DNA of 56,124 nt, taken from positions 1 to 56,124 of IMG/VR virus record IMGVR_UViG_3300047478_000286; one strand, written 5' to 3'. The notes below the pieces were generated by a model, which saw only the letters and a list, made by a program, of their open reading frames with translations, did no database searches and was not told the DNA's origin. The stretch is from a virus (lineage: Duplodnaviria; Caudoviricetes). A program made the position numbers and the translations under genes. This document shows, piece after piece, positions 20,391 to 30,178 of the stretch; within the stretch, counting starts at the first letter, position 1, and each line of letters opens with the position of its first letter.

Positions 20391-21359
20391 ATGAAGTATT
20401 TGATAGTAGATGGTAATTCGCTTGGTCACGCCGCAAATGACTCAACACCGTTACATGTAGGTGGTGAACCTATACATGCTGTGTATGGTTTTATAAGGTC
20501 GCTAAGGGCACTTATGCTCAAATATCCAGAGCATAAGGTGGTAGTATTATGGGATGGAAAGTCACAAACTAGGCGCAATCTGTTCCCTCTTTACAAGGCG
20601 AATAGAGAAGCCGAAAGTAAGAGTCCGGAGCAAGAAGCAAGAAGAGCTGGTTACAAAAAACAAGTGCCAAAAATAATGGACGCACTTGAGCTACTAGGCG
20701 TTAGACAACTTCTTGACTACACGGAAGAGGCTGATGATTTAGCTGGCTACATTGTAGAAAAAATCCAAGCAGAAGAAATTGTTTTGATAACCGGCGACGG
20801 TGACTGGAAGCAATTAGTTTGCAGACCTAATGTTATTTGGCAAGACCATAGAACAGATGCAATTTGCAACTATGATAACTTCGAAGCGGTGACGGGTTAC
20901 AAAAACGCCCAAGCTTTCTTAGAAGGCAAGGCGCTAGTTGGCGATACTTCTGACAACATTCCAGGTGTAGGTGGCATTGGTAAAGAAACGGCCCCGATGA
21001 TACTGAAACAACATGGTTCAGTTGAGACGTTTTTGAATTTTTGGACTAGAAAAATAGGCGAAGGTGAAAAAGTGCCTAAATGGGTTAGCAACTTTGTTCA
21101 CAATCTTGCGCCAAAAGAGTCAACCAAATACGGGAAAATGTTACCCACCCAAGAAGCATTCGCGCGAAATATGCAGCTTATGAAGTTAGCTGGCTACAAA
21201 CCAAATAAATCAAATCTACTTAACAAAGTAGGCTCATACGACAGGCAAGCTTTTAGAGACCTATGCCAAGAGTTTATGTTTAACTCGATATTGGCTCAAT
21301 TTAATAGCTGGATTGTCCCTTTTGAAAGGGCTTCCAAAATAACGGAGAGTAAGAAATGA
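20391..21359 (+). CDS. 5'-3' exonuclease / flap endonuclease (T4 RNase H-like)
   Basis: LIVDGNS, YKANR, EADD, TGDGDW.QL, GDTSDNIPGV.GIG; GAGG RBS. Confidence 0.92.
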   Translation: MKYLIVDGNSLGHAANDSTPLHVGGEPIHAVYGFIRSLRALMLKYPEHKVVVLWDGKSQTRRNLFPLYKANREAESKSPEQEARRAGYKKQVPKIMDALELLGVRQLLDYTEEADDLAGYIVEKIQAEEIVLITGDGDWKQLVCRPNVIWQDHRTDAICNYDNFEAVTGYKNAQAFLEGKALVGDTSDNIPGVGGIGKETAPMILKQHGSVETFLNFWTRKIGEGEKVPKWVSNFVHNLAPKESTKYGKMLPTQEAFARNMQLMKLAGYKPNKSNLLNKVGSYDRQAFRDLCQEFMFNSILAQFNSWIVPFERASKITESKK

Positions 21360-22360
21360 GTATAGAAGATTTAATGGCGCAACTTGATAAGGAAATTGGC
21401 AAAAACTCAAGCGGACAAAAGGTGGAAAATTTCATCAATACAGGTTACCCACCTTTAAACAAAATAATGTCGGGCAAGTATGATGGCGGTCTTCCATTCG
21501 GACGCATGATTGAAATTTATGGCGCTTCTGGTTCTGGAAAAACTGCGATAGCAACTCAGTGCATGATTAACGCCCAAAAGCTTGGTGGTATTGCTATTTT
21601 TATAGACTGGGAGCGTAGCTTTGACGTAGATATGGCGGTTTCAATGGGCCTTAACCCAGAAAGACCTTACTGGATTTATGACAAGGCAAAAACATGGGAA
21701 GCTGGCAATATGTTAGCAGCCAAAGCGTGTAAGCTAATTAGACAGTCAAGAGCAATACCTGACAGCGCACCAATCATTGTTGTGTTTGACTCAATAGCAG
21801 CCGCTATACCGCAGTCGAGCAGCGAAAAGGAAATTGACACACTGACAATGAACGACACCTCTGCGCTAGCTCGTGTTACCTCAACAACTTTAAAATACCA
21901 AGCGCAGTTTGCCGAAGAATATAACGCAACCTTTTTATATCTAAACCAAATTAGAGAAAAGCTGGGAATCCTTTTCGGCCCAAATACCACCACGCCAGGT
22001 GGCCGGGCCATGGAATATTACGCAACTGTTAGGCTACAAATATCCAGAAAGGCTTTGCTAGATAAAACAAGCGAAGATGGCGGGATGACGGGCCAAAACA
22101 TCACCATTAAATGCACGAAGTCAAAGATGACTGCGCCATTTAAAACGTGTGAGTTGTTATTGTCATTTGATGATACCGGCAAGGCTGATTTTGATATGGT
22201 CACAAGCTTAATTGATTATCTGGCAGAGCAGGGGATTATTGAAGTAAGTGGAACAAGAATAGTCTGGGAAGGTAGTAAGCTTTACAAAAAAGAAGTTGCA
22301 AAACGTATACACGAAAGCGGTGAATACAAAAAGCTAGTTGATATGCTAAAAGACGCATAA
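21356..22360 (+). CDS. recA: RecA/UvsX recombinase
   Basis: GGLPFGRMIEIYGASGSGKT, FDSIAA, NQIREK, TTPGGRA. Confidence 0.93.
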   Translation: MSIEDLMAQLDKEIGKNSSGQKVENFINTGYPPLNKIMSGKYDGGLPFGRMIEIYGASGSGKTAIATQCMINAQKLGGIAIFIDWERSFDVDMAVSMGLNPERPYWIYDKAKTWEAGNMLAAKACKLIRQSRAIPDSAPIIVVFDSIAAAIPQSSSEKEIDTLTMNDTSALARVTSTTLKYQAQFAEEYNATFLYLNQIREKLGILFGPNTTTPGGRAMEYYATVRLQISRKALLDKTSEDGGMTGQNITIKCTKSKMTAPFKTCELLLSFDDTGKADFDMVTSLIDYLAEQGIIEVSGTRIVWEGSKLYKKEVAKRIHESGEYKKLVDMLKDA

Positions 22361-22415
22361 AGCCTAGTAAAAGTAATGTTATCATCTACGCTTTTTTAAT
22401 AGGCGTAGATGATTC

Positions 22416-22799
22416 ATGCGACAAATCAAATTCAAGCCCCCAATCAGGGGCTTAACAGACATCAAAACAAACACATTCAGAGCTGGCTTAGCTTGGTTTA
22501 AAAGACTAAAAGTTGGCGATGAATTACAACTTTTAAATACCAAAACTCTTGAAGTGTTTGCGACAGCGACTGTCGCCGAACTACATAGCGGCACAAAGGA
22601 AGAAATGGCAGAAATTCATGGTGCTTTTAATCACTCAATCCAAGCCCTGGAAATTACTGATAATATAGCAGCTACTATATTAAAGCGATTAAAAAACAGC
22701 TCAGGCACAAGAGCGTTCGAAAGCACAAACTACATCACCGTAATTTACTTAAAAGAAATAAAATGGCAAGAAGATGGGAAAAATTTGAAAGACACCTAG
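22416..22799 (+). CDS. Hypothetical, possibly ASCH/PUA-like
   Basis: NTFR...LKVGD pattern. Confidence 0.55.
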   Translation: MRQIKFKPPIRGLTDIKTNTFRAGLAWFKRLKVGDELQLLNTKTLEVFATATVAELHSGTKEEMAEIHGAFNHSIQALEITDNIAATILKRLKNSSGTRAFESTNYITVIYLKEIKWQEDGKNLKDT

Positions 22800-23146
22800 A
22801 CGAAAAGAAGCATCATTTAGGCGACTGGATGCGAAACATTGAAACAGGCGAAGTTATCTATTGCGGCATCAGACAAAACTATAATCAAGGTGACTCAAAA
22901 AGTTTGATATTCCGCAACACTAATTCGGTGTGCGTAGACGTAGACATCATTGAAGCGGCGAAAGCCAGGGATGTGCGTGTAATTGTTTTTAAAGTTAAAA
23001 GCACCAAGACCAGATACGCCACAACCGTAGCAACACTTGAAAAGTTCGGCGTGTTACATAGTTATAAACATAAAGACCAAAAGCCGCAACTGGCATTGCC
23101 GGTTCACAAGTTTGTTGTGCAAGACAAATACACCTTAAAAATGTAA
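22763..23146 (+). CDS. Hypothetical protein
   Basis: 127-aa ORF. Confidence 0.7.
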   Translation: MARRWEKFERHLDEKKHHLGDWMRNIETGEVIYCGIRQNYNQGDSKSLIFRNTNSVCVDVDIIEAAKARDVRVIVFKVKSTKTRYATTVATLEKFGVLHSYKHKDQKPQLALPVHKFVVQDKYTLKM

Positions 23147-23161
23147 GTAATTAGTGACTTA
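23144..23161. promoter_or_regulatory. 18-bp palindromic operator-like site
   Basis: TAAGTAATTAGTGACTTA, begins at a stop codon. Confidence 0.75.
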
Positions 23162-23309
23162 ATATGAATATACAAGAAACCCTACCAAAAATGCCGCTAA
23201 TTGTTTTAGCAATGGCGGAAAAAATGAGAATAGAGGCAGAAAAAGTTGCCAAATTCAACCCTAATTCTGAACAGTATAATAAGCAAGACAAAAAACAAAA
23301 CACAACACT

Positions 23310-24389
23310 ATGAAACCATACTTAATAGTAAGCGACATTCACTTTCATGACTTTAGCGCCTTCTCTGAAATACTCCCAAGCGGTGTTAATTCAAGGCTTC
23401 AAACTTCACTGAATGAAATTAAAAGGGCGGCAGACACCCTGAAGAAAGTTGGGGGCAACACAATATACTTCACAGGTGACATATTTCACGTTAGAGGCTC
23501 TATTTCTCCAAAAGTGCTAAATCCGGTTCGTGATTTTTTCGAGAACGTTTTAAGTAAAAAAGGTTTTACTGTTAGAATGATTCCAGGCAATCATGACTTG
23601 GCGGACAAAGAGTCAAACACATTAGGTAGCATGATACAGGCGCTAGAAGGTTTTGGCGTTGAGATAAACAATAATAAAAATGGTAATTATTATTCCGATG
23701 ATAGGGTGTTGATGATTCCCTGGCATTCAACGGTAGAAGGTTTAAAAGAGACTATGCAGGCTTCCATGTTGGCGCTGAGTGCGAGTGGGGCGATGGCATC
23801 AACAAGTCTTTCAGAAGTAGACCTAATGATACATGCGCCAATTGATGACGTTATATATGGCTTGCCAGAGCATGGTTTGACTGCGGACTATCTTGGCTCG
23901 CTTGGTTTTAAAAGAGTATTTGCAGGTCATTATCATAATCATAAAGATTTTGGAAATGGGGTTTATTCAGTGGGTGCGTTAACCCATATATCGTTTTCAG
24001 ATGTCGGAAGTAAAGCTGGTTTCTTAATAGTGAGCGATAAGGGGGTTTCTTATAGCTCAACACATGCGCCAAAATTTGTCGATATTGACGAGGATAATTT
24101 TTCCGACTTGCCGTTGTTAGTTGATGGCAACTTTGTGCGCTGCAAAATTAAAATCAGTAAAGAATCTGAGGTGGAAAAATTAAGAGCACACATAATGGCA
24201 AACGGAGCTGCCGGTGTTGTTATTAGTCAAATAAAAGACACCACAACCGTTAGACCGACAGAGGGCACTGGAGCTATTGGTGGCTCGTTAACGCTGGAGC
24301 AGTCAGTTGCGGCGCATGTAAAAGAGAAAGGCTACTCGCAAGATGTTGCCAAATTATGTATGGAAATTTTATCAGAGGCGGAGAGTTAA
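23310..24389 (+). CDS. sbcD: SbcD/Mre11-like nuclease
   Basis: SDIH, GDIFH, GNHD, GHYH; upstream of sbcC. Confidence 0.85.
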   Translation: MKPYLIVSDIHFHDFSAFSEILPSGVNSRLQTSLNEIKRAADTLKKVGGNTIYFTGDIFHVRGSISPKVLNPVRDFFENVLSKKGFTVRMIPGNHDLADKESNTLGSMIQALEGFGVEINNNKNGNYYSDDRVLMIPWHSTVEGLKETMQASMLALSASGAMASTSLSEVDLMIHAPIDDVIYGLPEHGLTADYLGSLGFKRVFAGHYHNHKDFGNGVYSVGALTHISFSDVGSKAGFLIVSDKGVSYSSTHAPKFVDIDEDNFSDLPLLVDGNFVRCKIKISKESEVEKLRAHIMANGAAGVVISQIKDTTTVRPTEGTGAIGGSLTLEQSVAAHVKEKGYSQDVAKLCMEILSEAES

Positions 24390-24390
24390 T

Positions 24391-24609
24391 ATGAGATATT
24401 TTATAGTCGTTTTTCAACTAAACAGCAAAGACAGAAGTGGGTGGATGAATCTCAACATACAGCATGAAAAATACCCAAACAATAATTGGGTTTTAAATCA
24501 TGCCGCAACAAGAGTTGAATGTGAGCCAAGAGATTTGTGCATAGTTAATATTATGGAACTGACCGAAGAAGATTTTCTAAGCTACACCTCGCAAGAGTGC
24601 TGTGAGTAA
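24391..24609 (+). CDS. Small hypothetical protein
   Basis: ATG after GGAGAG. Confidence 0.6.
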   Translation: MRYFIVVFQLNSKDRSGWMNLNIQHEKYPNNNWVLNHAATRVECEPRDLCIVNIMELTEEDFLSYTSQECCE

Positions 24610-24651
24610 ACGGAATTAATAAAGCAAACATATTTCAACCAAAAAATTCAA

Positions 24652-26589
24652 ATGAAAATTAAAAAGCTAACAATTAAAAATTTCAAAGCAATCGGTGAAG
24701 CGGAACTTAATCTGTATGACATAGGTTTGGTTTTAATCAATGGTGTTAACGACACAGACACCTCTTCTTCATCAAATGGCGCTGGCAAGTCTACAATCAT
24801 TGAGGCTATTTCATGGTGCTTGTTTGGAGAAACCGCTAAGTCATTAGGGGCAAATGACGTTGTAAACAACAAGGTTGGCAAAAACTGCGCGGTAGAAATA
24901 ATCGCAGAAATAGAAGGTGTTGTTTACAATATCACGCGCCATAGAAAATGCGCAGGGATTGCTGATGGCTTGTATGTTGCTCGCGGCGCAGATGAGTTAA
25001 CAAAAGGAACAACCGCGCTTACACAAGAGCTTCTTAATGAATTGATTGGCTGTAACTATGATATTTTCAAGGCAGTTGTTTATTCCGGTCAAGACGCTAT
25101 GGTTGACCTGCCCGGGATGTCAGACAAATTTTTGAAAGCAGTTGTAGAAGATGCTGCCGGACTAGATAAACTGCAAAGTGCATCGGACATAGCCATCGCC
25201 AAGAACAAAGCCCAGTCTGAGCAGGTTGTGCTTTGCTTAAAAAGGCGAGATGGCGCAATGATAGCTGTGGAATTGTTAGAAAACGACCTGCAAAAAGAAA
25301 AAGAACGCGCGGCAGGGAAAAAAGCAGCAGACGAAGAAAGACGAGCTGAGGTATATAAACAATTGTTCGAGGTCGTAGAAGAAATAAAAGCGATGCCAGC
25401 ACTGCTTGGCGAAGATAAACTTAAACGCCTAGAAAACAATAAAGCGAAAATTGATAGTCAAATAAAAACAGCCCAGGGCGATGAAAAAGAAAAGCTGTGG
25501 CAAATGCAGCAAACAGAAAAATCACTTCAAAGCCTTAAAGATGTTGCCAATGTTAACTTAACACATGCCACAGCGAAAGTTGACAAATTACAGCGCAATT
25601 TAGACCTGATTAATTCCCGTATCGGGCAACCTTGCGGAGAATGTGGTAAAACTTATCACGCCGAAGATATTGAAGCGGTTGCTGAAAAAGAGCGTGGTTT
25701 GGTTGAAGTTGCAAAATCTCAAAGAGAAGCTTTAGAGGCTGATGTTAAACGAGCTGAAACCGCTATCAATGACGCTGTAGCAGCACGAAAATCTTTTGAA
25801 GCTAGTATGACTGATGTTAGCGATTTACTAAGCGTCAGAGCGAAAATTGACAAGTTAATCAACAACGAAAAGCACAACGCACAACTAAAACAAGAAAAAG
25901 AGAAAGCTGTGGCAAGGCTGAATAAAGACATTGAAAGTATTGAAGAAAAAATAACCAAAGACGACTTCGAATTTCAAAAATACTCCGCCGACCAATTAGA
26001 AGAAATTGATATGGCGAAGTGTAATCTAAAAGTAGCAAACGAAGCATTAGAAGCCGCAGAAAAACAGTTAGAATTGACAGCAGCAGCAGTTGAAGTGTTT
26101 GGAAGAGCTGGCGTTAGGGGTTTTATTCTTGACACTGTGACACCTTTTTTAAACGAAAGAACAGCACAATACTTAGGTGCTTTAACAGATGGTAACATTA
26201 CAGCAAACTGGACTACGTTGAGCAAAACAGCAAAAGGTGAAATTAGGGAAAAATTCACAATTGATGTTGAGAAAAAAGATGGCGCAAAAACATTCGCCGG
26301 TTTATCTGGTGGCGAAAAAAGAAAAGTGAGACTGTCTACCGCGTTTGCTTTGCAAGATTTAGTAGCATCAAGGGCGACAAAACCTATTGGTTTCCAGTTC
26401 CTAGATGAAATAGACACGGCTTTAGATAGTGCTGGAGTGGAGCGACTTATGGGTATACTTGAGGAAAGAGGTAGAGAAAAGGGAACGATACTTGTTGTGT
26501 CGCATAATGACCTAAAAAGCTACATAACAAACTCAATAACCGTAACGAACAAGGGCGGTATCGCCAAAGTAACACTGGAAACCGAATGA
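24652..26589 (+). CDS. sbcC: SbcC/Rad50-like ATPase
   Basis: SNGAGKST, coiled coils, CGEC hook, LSGGE, FLDEIDTALD, VVSH. Confidence 0.92.
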   Translation: MKIKKLTIKNFKAIGEAELNLYDIGLVLINGVNDTDTSSSSNGAGKSTIIEAISWCLFGETAKSLGANDVVNNKVGKNCAVEIIAEIEGVVYNITRHRKCAGIADGLYVARGADELTKGTTALTQELLNELIGCNYDIFKAVVYSGQDAMVDLPGMSDKFLKAVVEDAAGLDKLQSASDIAIAKNKAQSEQVVLCLKRRDGAMIAVELLENDLQKEKERAAGKKAADEERRAEVYKQLFEVVEEIKAMPALLGEDKLKRLENNKAKIDSQIKTAQGDEKEKLWQMQQTEKSLQSLKDVANVNLTHATAKVDKLQRNLDLINSRIGQPCGECGKTYHAEDIEAVAEKERGLVEVAKSQREALEADVKRAETAINDAVAARKSFEASMTDVSDLLSVRAKIDKLINNEKHNAQLKQEKEKAVARLNKDIESIEEKITKDDFEFQKYSADQLEEIDMAKCNLKVANEALEAAEKQLELTAAAVEVFGRAGVRGFILDTVTPFLNERTAQYLGALTDGNITANWTTLSKTAKGEIREKFTIDVEKKDGAKTFAGLSGGEKRKVRLSTAFALQDLVASRATKPIGFQFLDEIDTALDSAGVERLMGILEERGREKGTILVVSHNDLKSYITNSITVTNKGGIAKVTLETE

Positions 26590-27458
26590 TGGTAAAAATA
26601 CTACCTTTAAAGCCCGTAGTTAGGTCGCTTCTTTCACAAGATACGCCGCCAACTATTGGGCAATTGCATGAAATGGTAAAAAACAAAAAACTAACCGAAG
26701 AAGATGCTGAATATATTGTTCAAGCTTTATACGACAGGTTCAGAAAGCAGTCGGCTTCAAGAGAAGCCAGAGAGGAAATAAAATCTTTTTCAGAAACGCT
26801 AACTGAGCACAGCCCAAAACCAAGCAGTTTTGTAGAAACATTCGCCACAGGGGGAGTGTTGCCGCGCTCTGAAATAACAAAGGGCATCGCGGAAGAAACG
26901 CTAGAAATGGCAAAAAAGAAATTCTTAATGACATTTGATGACGCAGAACGTGCCATGGAAAAAGAGTCATTCTACTTTGGTAAAATTTGTAATTACGCCA
27001 GAAACTCAGAAGATTTAAAAGAGCTTAAATTGGCAATACAGGAAGACGAAAACCTAAAATGCTTTAGTTTTATCATTGATGACATTGGCTATATTGCAGG
27101 CGAAACGTATCCGCAGCCATGCTCAAGAGACCCCGCTGATGATATTTATTCATTGCGGGATGTAAATATTTACCGTGTGAATTCTTTTGAGTCGGAATAT
27201 GAAAGAAAAAAAACCGATTATGAGGTTGCAAAACAGATTGTTTTTTCAACAATACGTCAGGAATTTAAAAAACCTGTTGCATATCCAAAAATAAGTCTTT
27301 GCAAGCTAAGAGAAGCTGGCGGTTTTATGGAAAAAGTTTGGTTAGCTACCGAAAAACAAATTGAAATAAAAAGAAACGCGAGGGGCGCAACGAAACAAAT
27401 CAATACTGAATGGCTGGAGAATATGAAAAACCAATATAAAGATTTTGGCACATTTTGA
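26586..27458 (+). CDS. Hypothetical protein ending YKDFGTF
   Basis: 290 aa; C-terminal similarity to next gene. Confidence 0.75.
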   Translation: MMVKILPLKPVVRSLLSQDTPPTIGQLHEMVKNKKLTEEDAEYIVQALYDRFRKQSASREAREEIKSFSETLTEHSPKPSSFVETFATGGVLPRSEITKGIAEETLEMAKKKFLMTFDDAERAMEKESFYFGKICNYARNSEDLKELKLAIQEDENLKCFSFIIDDIGYIAGETYPQPCSRDPADDIYSLRDVNIYRVNSFESEYERKKTDYEVAKQIVFSTIRQEFKKPVAYPKISLCKLREAGGFMEKVWLATEKQIEIKRNARGATKQINTEWLENMKNQYKDFGTF

Positions 27459-27467
27459 GGAACGAAG

Positions 27468-28586
27468 ATGGCTTTTGAAGAATATACTGACAGCTTTCGA
27501 ACAAAAAAACTAACAGAAGAGATAACCCAAAAAACAATAGAAAAAATAAAATACTATTTACTTGCTGACAATAATCTTTTGCACGCAGTCAATCAAAAGA
27601 TAAGAAACACGCCGGAAGGCTCACAAGTTTGGCACGATATGTCGCCGGAAATGCTTAAAGAATTTTTCCTAGCATACCCAAGACAGTTCGAAATTTACAG
27701 AATAACATCGTCATTGCCTGCTGTATATGGTAAGGAAAAAGATACGATAAAAGTGGGCATCAAGTTCGCAGGGTCTGGTGGTTTGCGCATGGTTAAAATT
27801 GACAAGCTTGCGTCATGCCCAAGTGCCATAAAGCATTTATGGGCTCTCACTGAGGCAGCTGCAAGTTTCGTTGACAAGGCAAAAATTGAAGAGGATATAG
27901 GTAAAGTAGATGTTTCACATATTGCTGCCGCAACTGTGTCGAGAAGTAAGATTTCTGACGATATGATTATGGCACACCCAGACGAGATGTATAGAGCTAT
28001 GTATGGCGACCCTCCCGTTATGCCTTCGTTCCTCCACAGAAGGGCACGCGTAACAGGGGATAAATACGAAGAAGCAGCATTGTATGGTGAGAGTTGTTAT
28101 GAAAAGCTTTTACACTACCTAAACATAAAAGAACATTTGCCAATAGTGAATGACATAATCGCAGCAAAGCTTGCCTCACATAAGTTTGATATGTCATGGT
28201 TTAAGTTTAAGTTGAAAGACAAAGATTTAGTAATGCAAGAAAGTTGGGGTGTGGTTAATGGAATTAGCGGCTTGTTTAGCGACACACCAACCGACAGAGA
28301 CGCAGGGCCAGTCACCAGTTGGGGAACTACACCTAGCGGGGCGAATATTGTGTTTGACATAAGACTCACTAGCGGTAGAGTTGTCTCAATCCCCTTTTAT
28401 GATTTACGTGAAGCCTCGCATATTAGCGTGGTTTTGTGGAACGCAATAGAAAAAGATAAAAGGTTTAAGTCAGTAACAGCGAAAGACCTGGCGGACATTA
28501 AAACACAACAAACAATCAAAGCCGAAAGGCAACAACAAGAGCTTATAGCGGCAAAGAAATACTATAAAAACTTTGGCACATTCTAG
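27468..28586 (+). CDS. Hypothetical protein ending YKNFGTF
   Basis: 372 aa; GAGG RBS. Confidence 0.75.
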   Translation: MAFEEYTDSFRTKKLTEEITQKTIEKIKYYLLADNNLLHAVNQKIRNTPEGSQVWHDMSPEMLKEFFLAYPRQFEIYRITSSLPAVYGKEKDTIKVGIKFAGSGGLRMVKIDKLASCPSAIKHLWALTEAAASFVDKAKIEEDIGKVDVSHIAAATVSRSKISDDMIMAHPDEMYRAMYGDPPVMPSFLHRRARVTGDKYEEAALYGESCYEKLLHYLNIKEHLPIVNDIIAAKLASHKFDMSWFKFKLKDKDLVMQESWGVVNGISGLFSDTPTDRDAGPVTSWGTTPSGANIVFDIRLTSGRVVSIPFYDLREASHISVVLWNAIEKDKRFKSVTAKDLADIKTQQTIKAERQQQELIAAKKYYKNFGTF

Positions 28587-28587
28587 G

Positions 28588-28605
28588 TAAGTAATGACTT
28601 ACTGA
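28588..28605. promoter_or_regulatory. 18-bp operator-like site
   Basis: TAAGTAATGACTTACTGA. Confidence 0.6.
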
Positions 28606-28638
28606 TATATACTGTTGCTTTAAATTAAGGCGGTATAT

Positions 28639-29205
28639 ATGTTAAAAATAGTGGCGTTAGACCCAAGTTACAACAACACCGGAGCTGTGTCGGCGACGAT
28701 TGATAAAGACCTAAAGTTAAGTGTGCATAAGCTTTATTTAATACAGCCAGAAAAAACAACAAACAAAGAAAGGGCTAAATTAAAAATCAGAAAGTCTAAT
28801 GATGACATTCGACGGGCAAGATTCGCAAGCGAGGAAATACATAACCTTGTAAAAAATTGCGACATCGTTTTTGCGGAAATACCGGTAGCAGGGCAGAGCG
28901 CAAGAGCTGCATTTTCTTTTGGTATTGTTTACGGAATACTGGCAGGCATTAAACAACCGTTAGTAGAGCTAACACCACAAGAAGTAAAAGTTGCGGCAAC
29001 TGGTATAAAAACAGCAACAAAAGAAGAAATGATGGCATGGGCTTATGAAAAATACCCCCATTTAAACTGGCGTAAAATCAAAAGAAACGGCGAGCAAGTG
29101 CTTAAAAAAGATTCAGAGCATGAGGCTGATGCTATTGGCGTTTTGCATGCAGGTTTAGCAAAAAAAGAATTTTTAAATTTTTTAAAAACTTATATAAGCA
29201 GTTAA
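28639..29205 (+). CDS. ruvC: RuvC-like Holliday junction resolvase
   Basis: VALDPS...TG, FAE, TPQEVK, ATKEEM, HEADA. Confidence 0.8.
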   Translation: MLKIVALDPSYNNTGAVSATIDKDLKLSVHKLYLIQPEKTTNKERAKLKIRKSNDDIRRARFASEEIHNLVKNCDIVFAEIPVAGQSARAAFSFGIVYGILAGIKQPLVELTPQEVKVAATGIKTATKEEMMAWAYEKYPHLNWRKIKRNGEQVLKKDSEHEADAIGVLHAGLAKKEFLNFLKTYISS

Positions 29206-29251
29206 TAACTGACTTATAATTCCAAACCCAATTTATTAACTAGGAAAATTT

Positions 29252-30178
29252 ATGACAAAGGCTGTTAAATATAATATAGAGATAGACTACTCGCGGGATA
29301 ATTTATTTGACGAACTTGGCTTGGTTAGGCTCAGAGAGTCATACATGATTCCGGAAGAGCAGTCACCACAAGAAAGGTATGCCTACGTTAGCGCGTTTTT
29401 TGCGTCAAGCCAAGCTCATGCTCAGAGGCTGTATAATTACGCTTCCAAACATTGGCTGTCGTATTCGACTCCAATATTGGCACATCATGAGAGTAAAAAA
29501 GGATTAGGGATAAGCTGTTATGTAAATTATCTTGAGGATAGCTCTCAAGGTTTGGTTGATAATCTGAGTTTGTCGAATTGGCTCTCAATGTATGGCGGTG
29601 GTGTTGGGGTGAATATAGGCATTCGTGGTGCTGATGGGAAATCTGTTGGTGTAATGCCACACATGAAGACTTATGATTCATGCTCTATGGCGTATAAACA
29701 AGGCTCAAGGCGAGGAAGTTACGCAGCTTACTTGGACATAAACCACCCGGATATTGTGCAATTCATCGAAATGAGAAAGCCCACTGGCGACCCTAACATG
29801 AGAACGCCGAACTTAAATCATGGTATAAATGTTTCCGATGAATTTATGGAGATTATCAAACGCTGCATGGAAGACCCAAACGCAAGTGACGATTGGAATT
29901 TGGTGCAGCCGCATAACGGCAAAATAACAGAAGTAGTTTCGGCAAAAGAATTGTGGCAAAAAATACTAGAAACAAGAATGCAGACAGGCGAGCCATACTT
30001 GTATTTCATTGATACCGTGAATAGAGCATTACCACAGTATCAAAAAGATGCGGGTTTGCGTGTTAATGGCAGCAATCTGTGTATTGAGCTTTGTGAAGCA
30101 ACGAGCGCAGAAAGAACGGCGGTTTGTTGCCTGTCTTCTGTGAATCTTGAATATTGGGAAGCGTGGAAAGATGCCTGA
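29252..30178 (+). CDS. nrdA: Class I ribonucleotide reductase alpha, N-terminal part
   Basis: STPIL, ISCY, GGGVG, RRGSYAAYL..HPD, GEPY, SNLCIE, AVCCLSS; no ATP cone. Confidence 0.88.
   Translation: MTKAVKYNIEIDYSRDNLFDELGLVRLRESYMIPEEQSPQERYAYVSAFFASSQAHAQRLYNYASKHWLSYSTPILAHHESKKGLGISCYVNYLEDSSQGLVDNLSLSNWLSMYGGGVGVNIGIRGADGKSVGVMPHMKTYDSCSMAYKQGSRRGSYAAYLDINHPDIVQFIEMRKPTGDPNMRTPNLNHGINVSDEFMEIIKRCMEDPNASDDWNLVQPHNGKITEVVSAKELWQKILETRMQTGEPYLYFIDTVNRALPQYQKDAGLRVNGSNLCIELCEATSAERTAVCCLSSVNLEYWEAWKDA

Noticed and set aside
15333-22360. Inteins or introns in dnaE and recA
   Set aside because: Lengths are normal and no splice or LAGLIDADG motifs were seen
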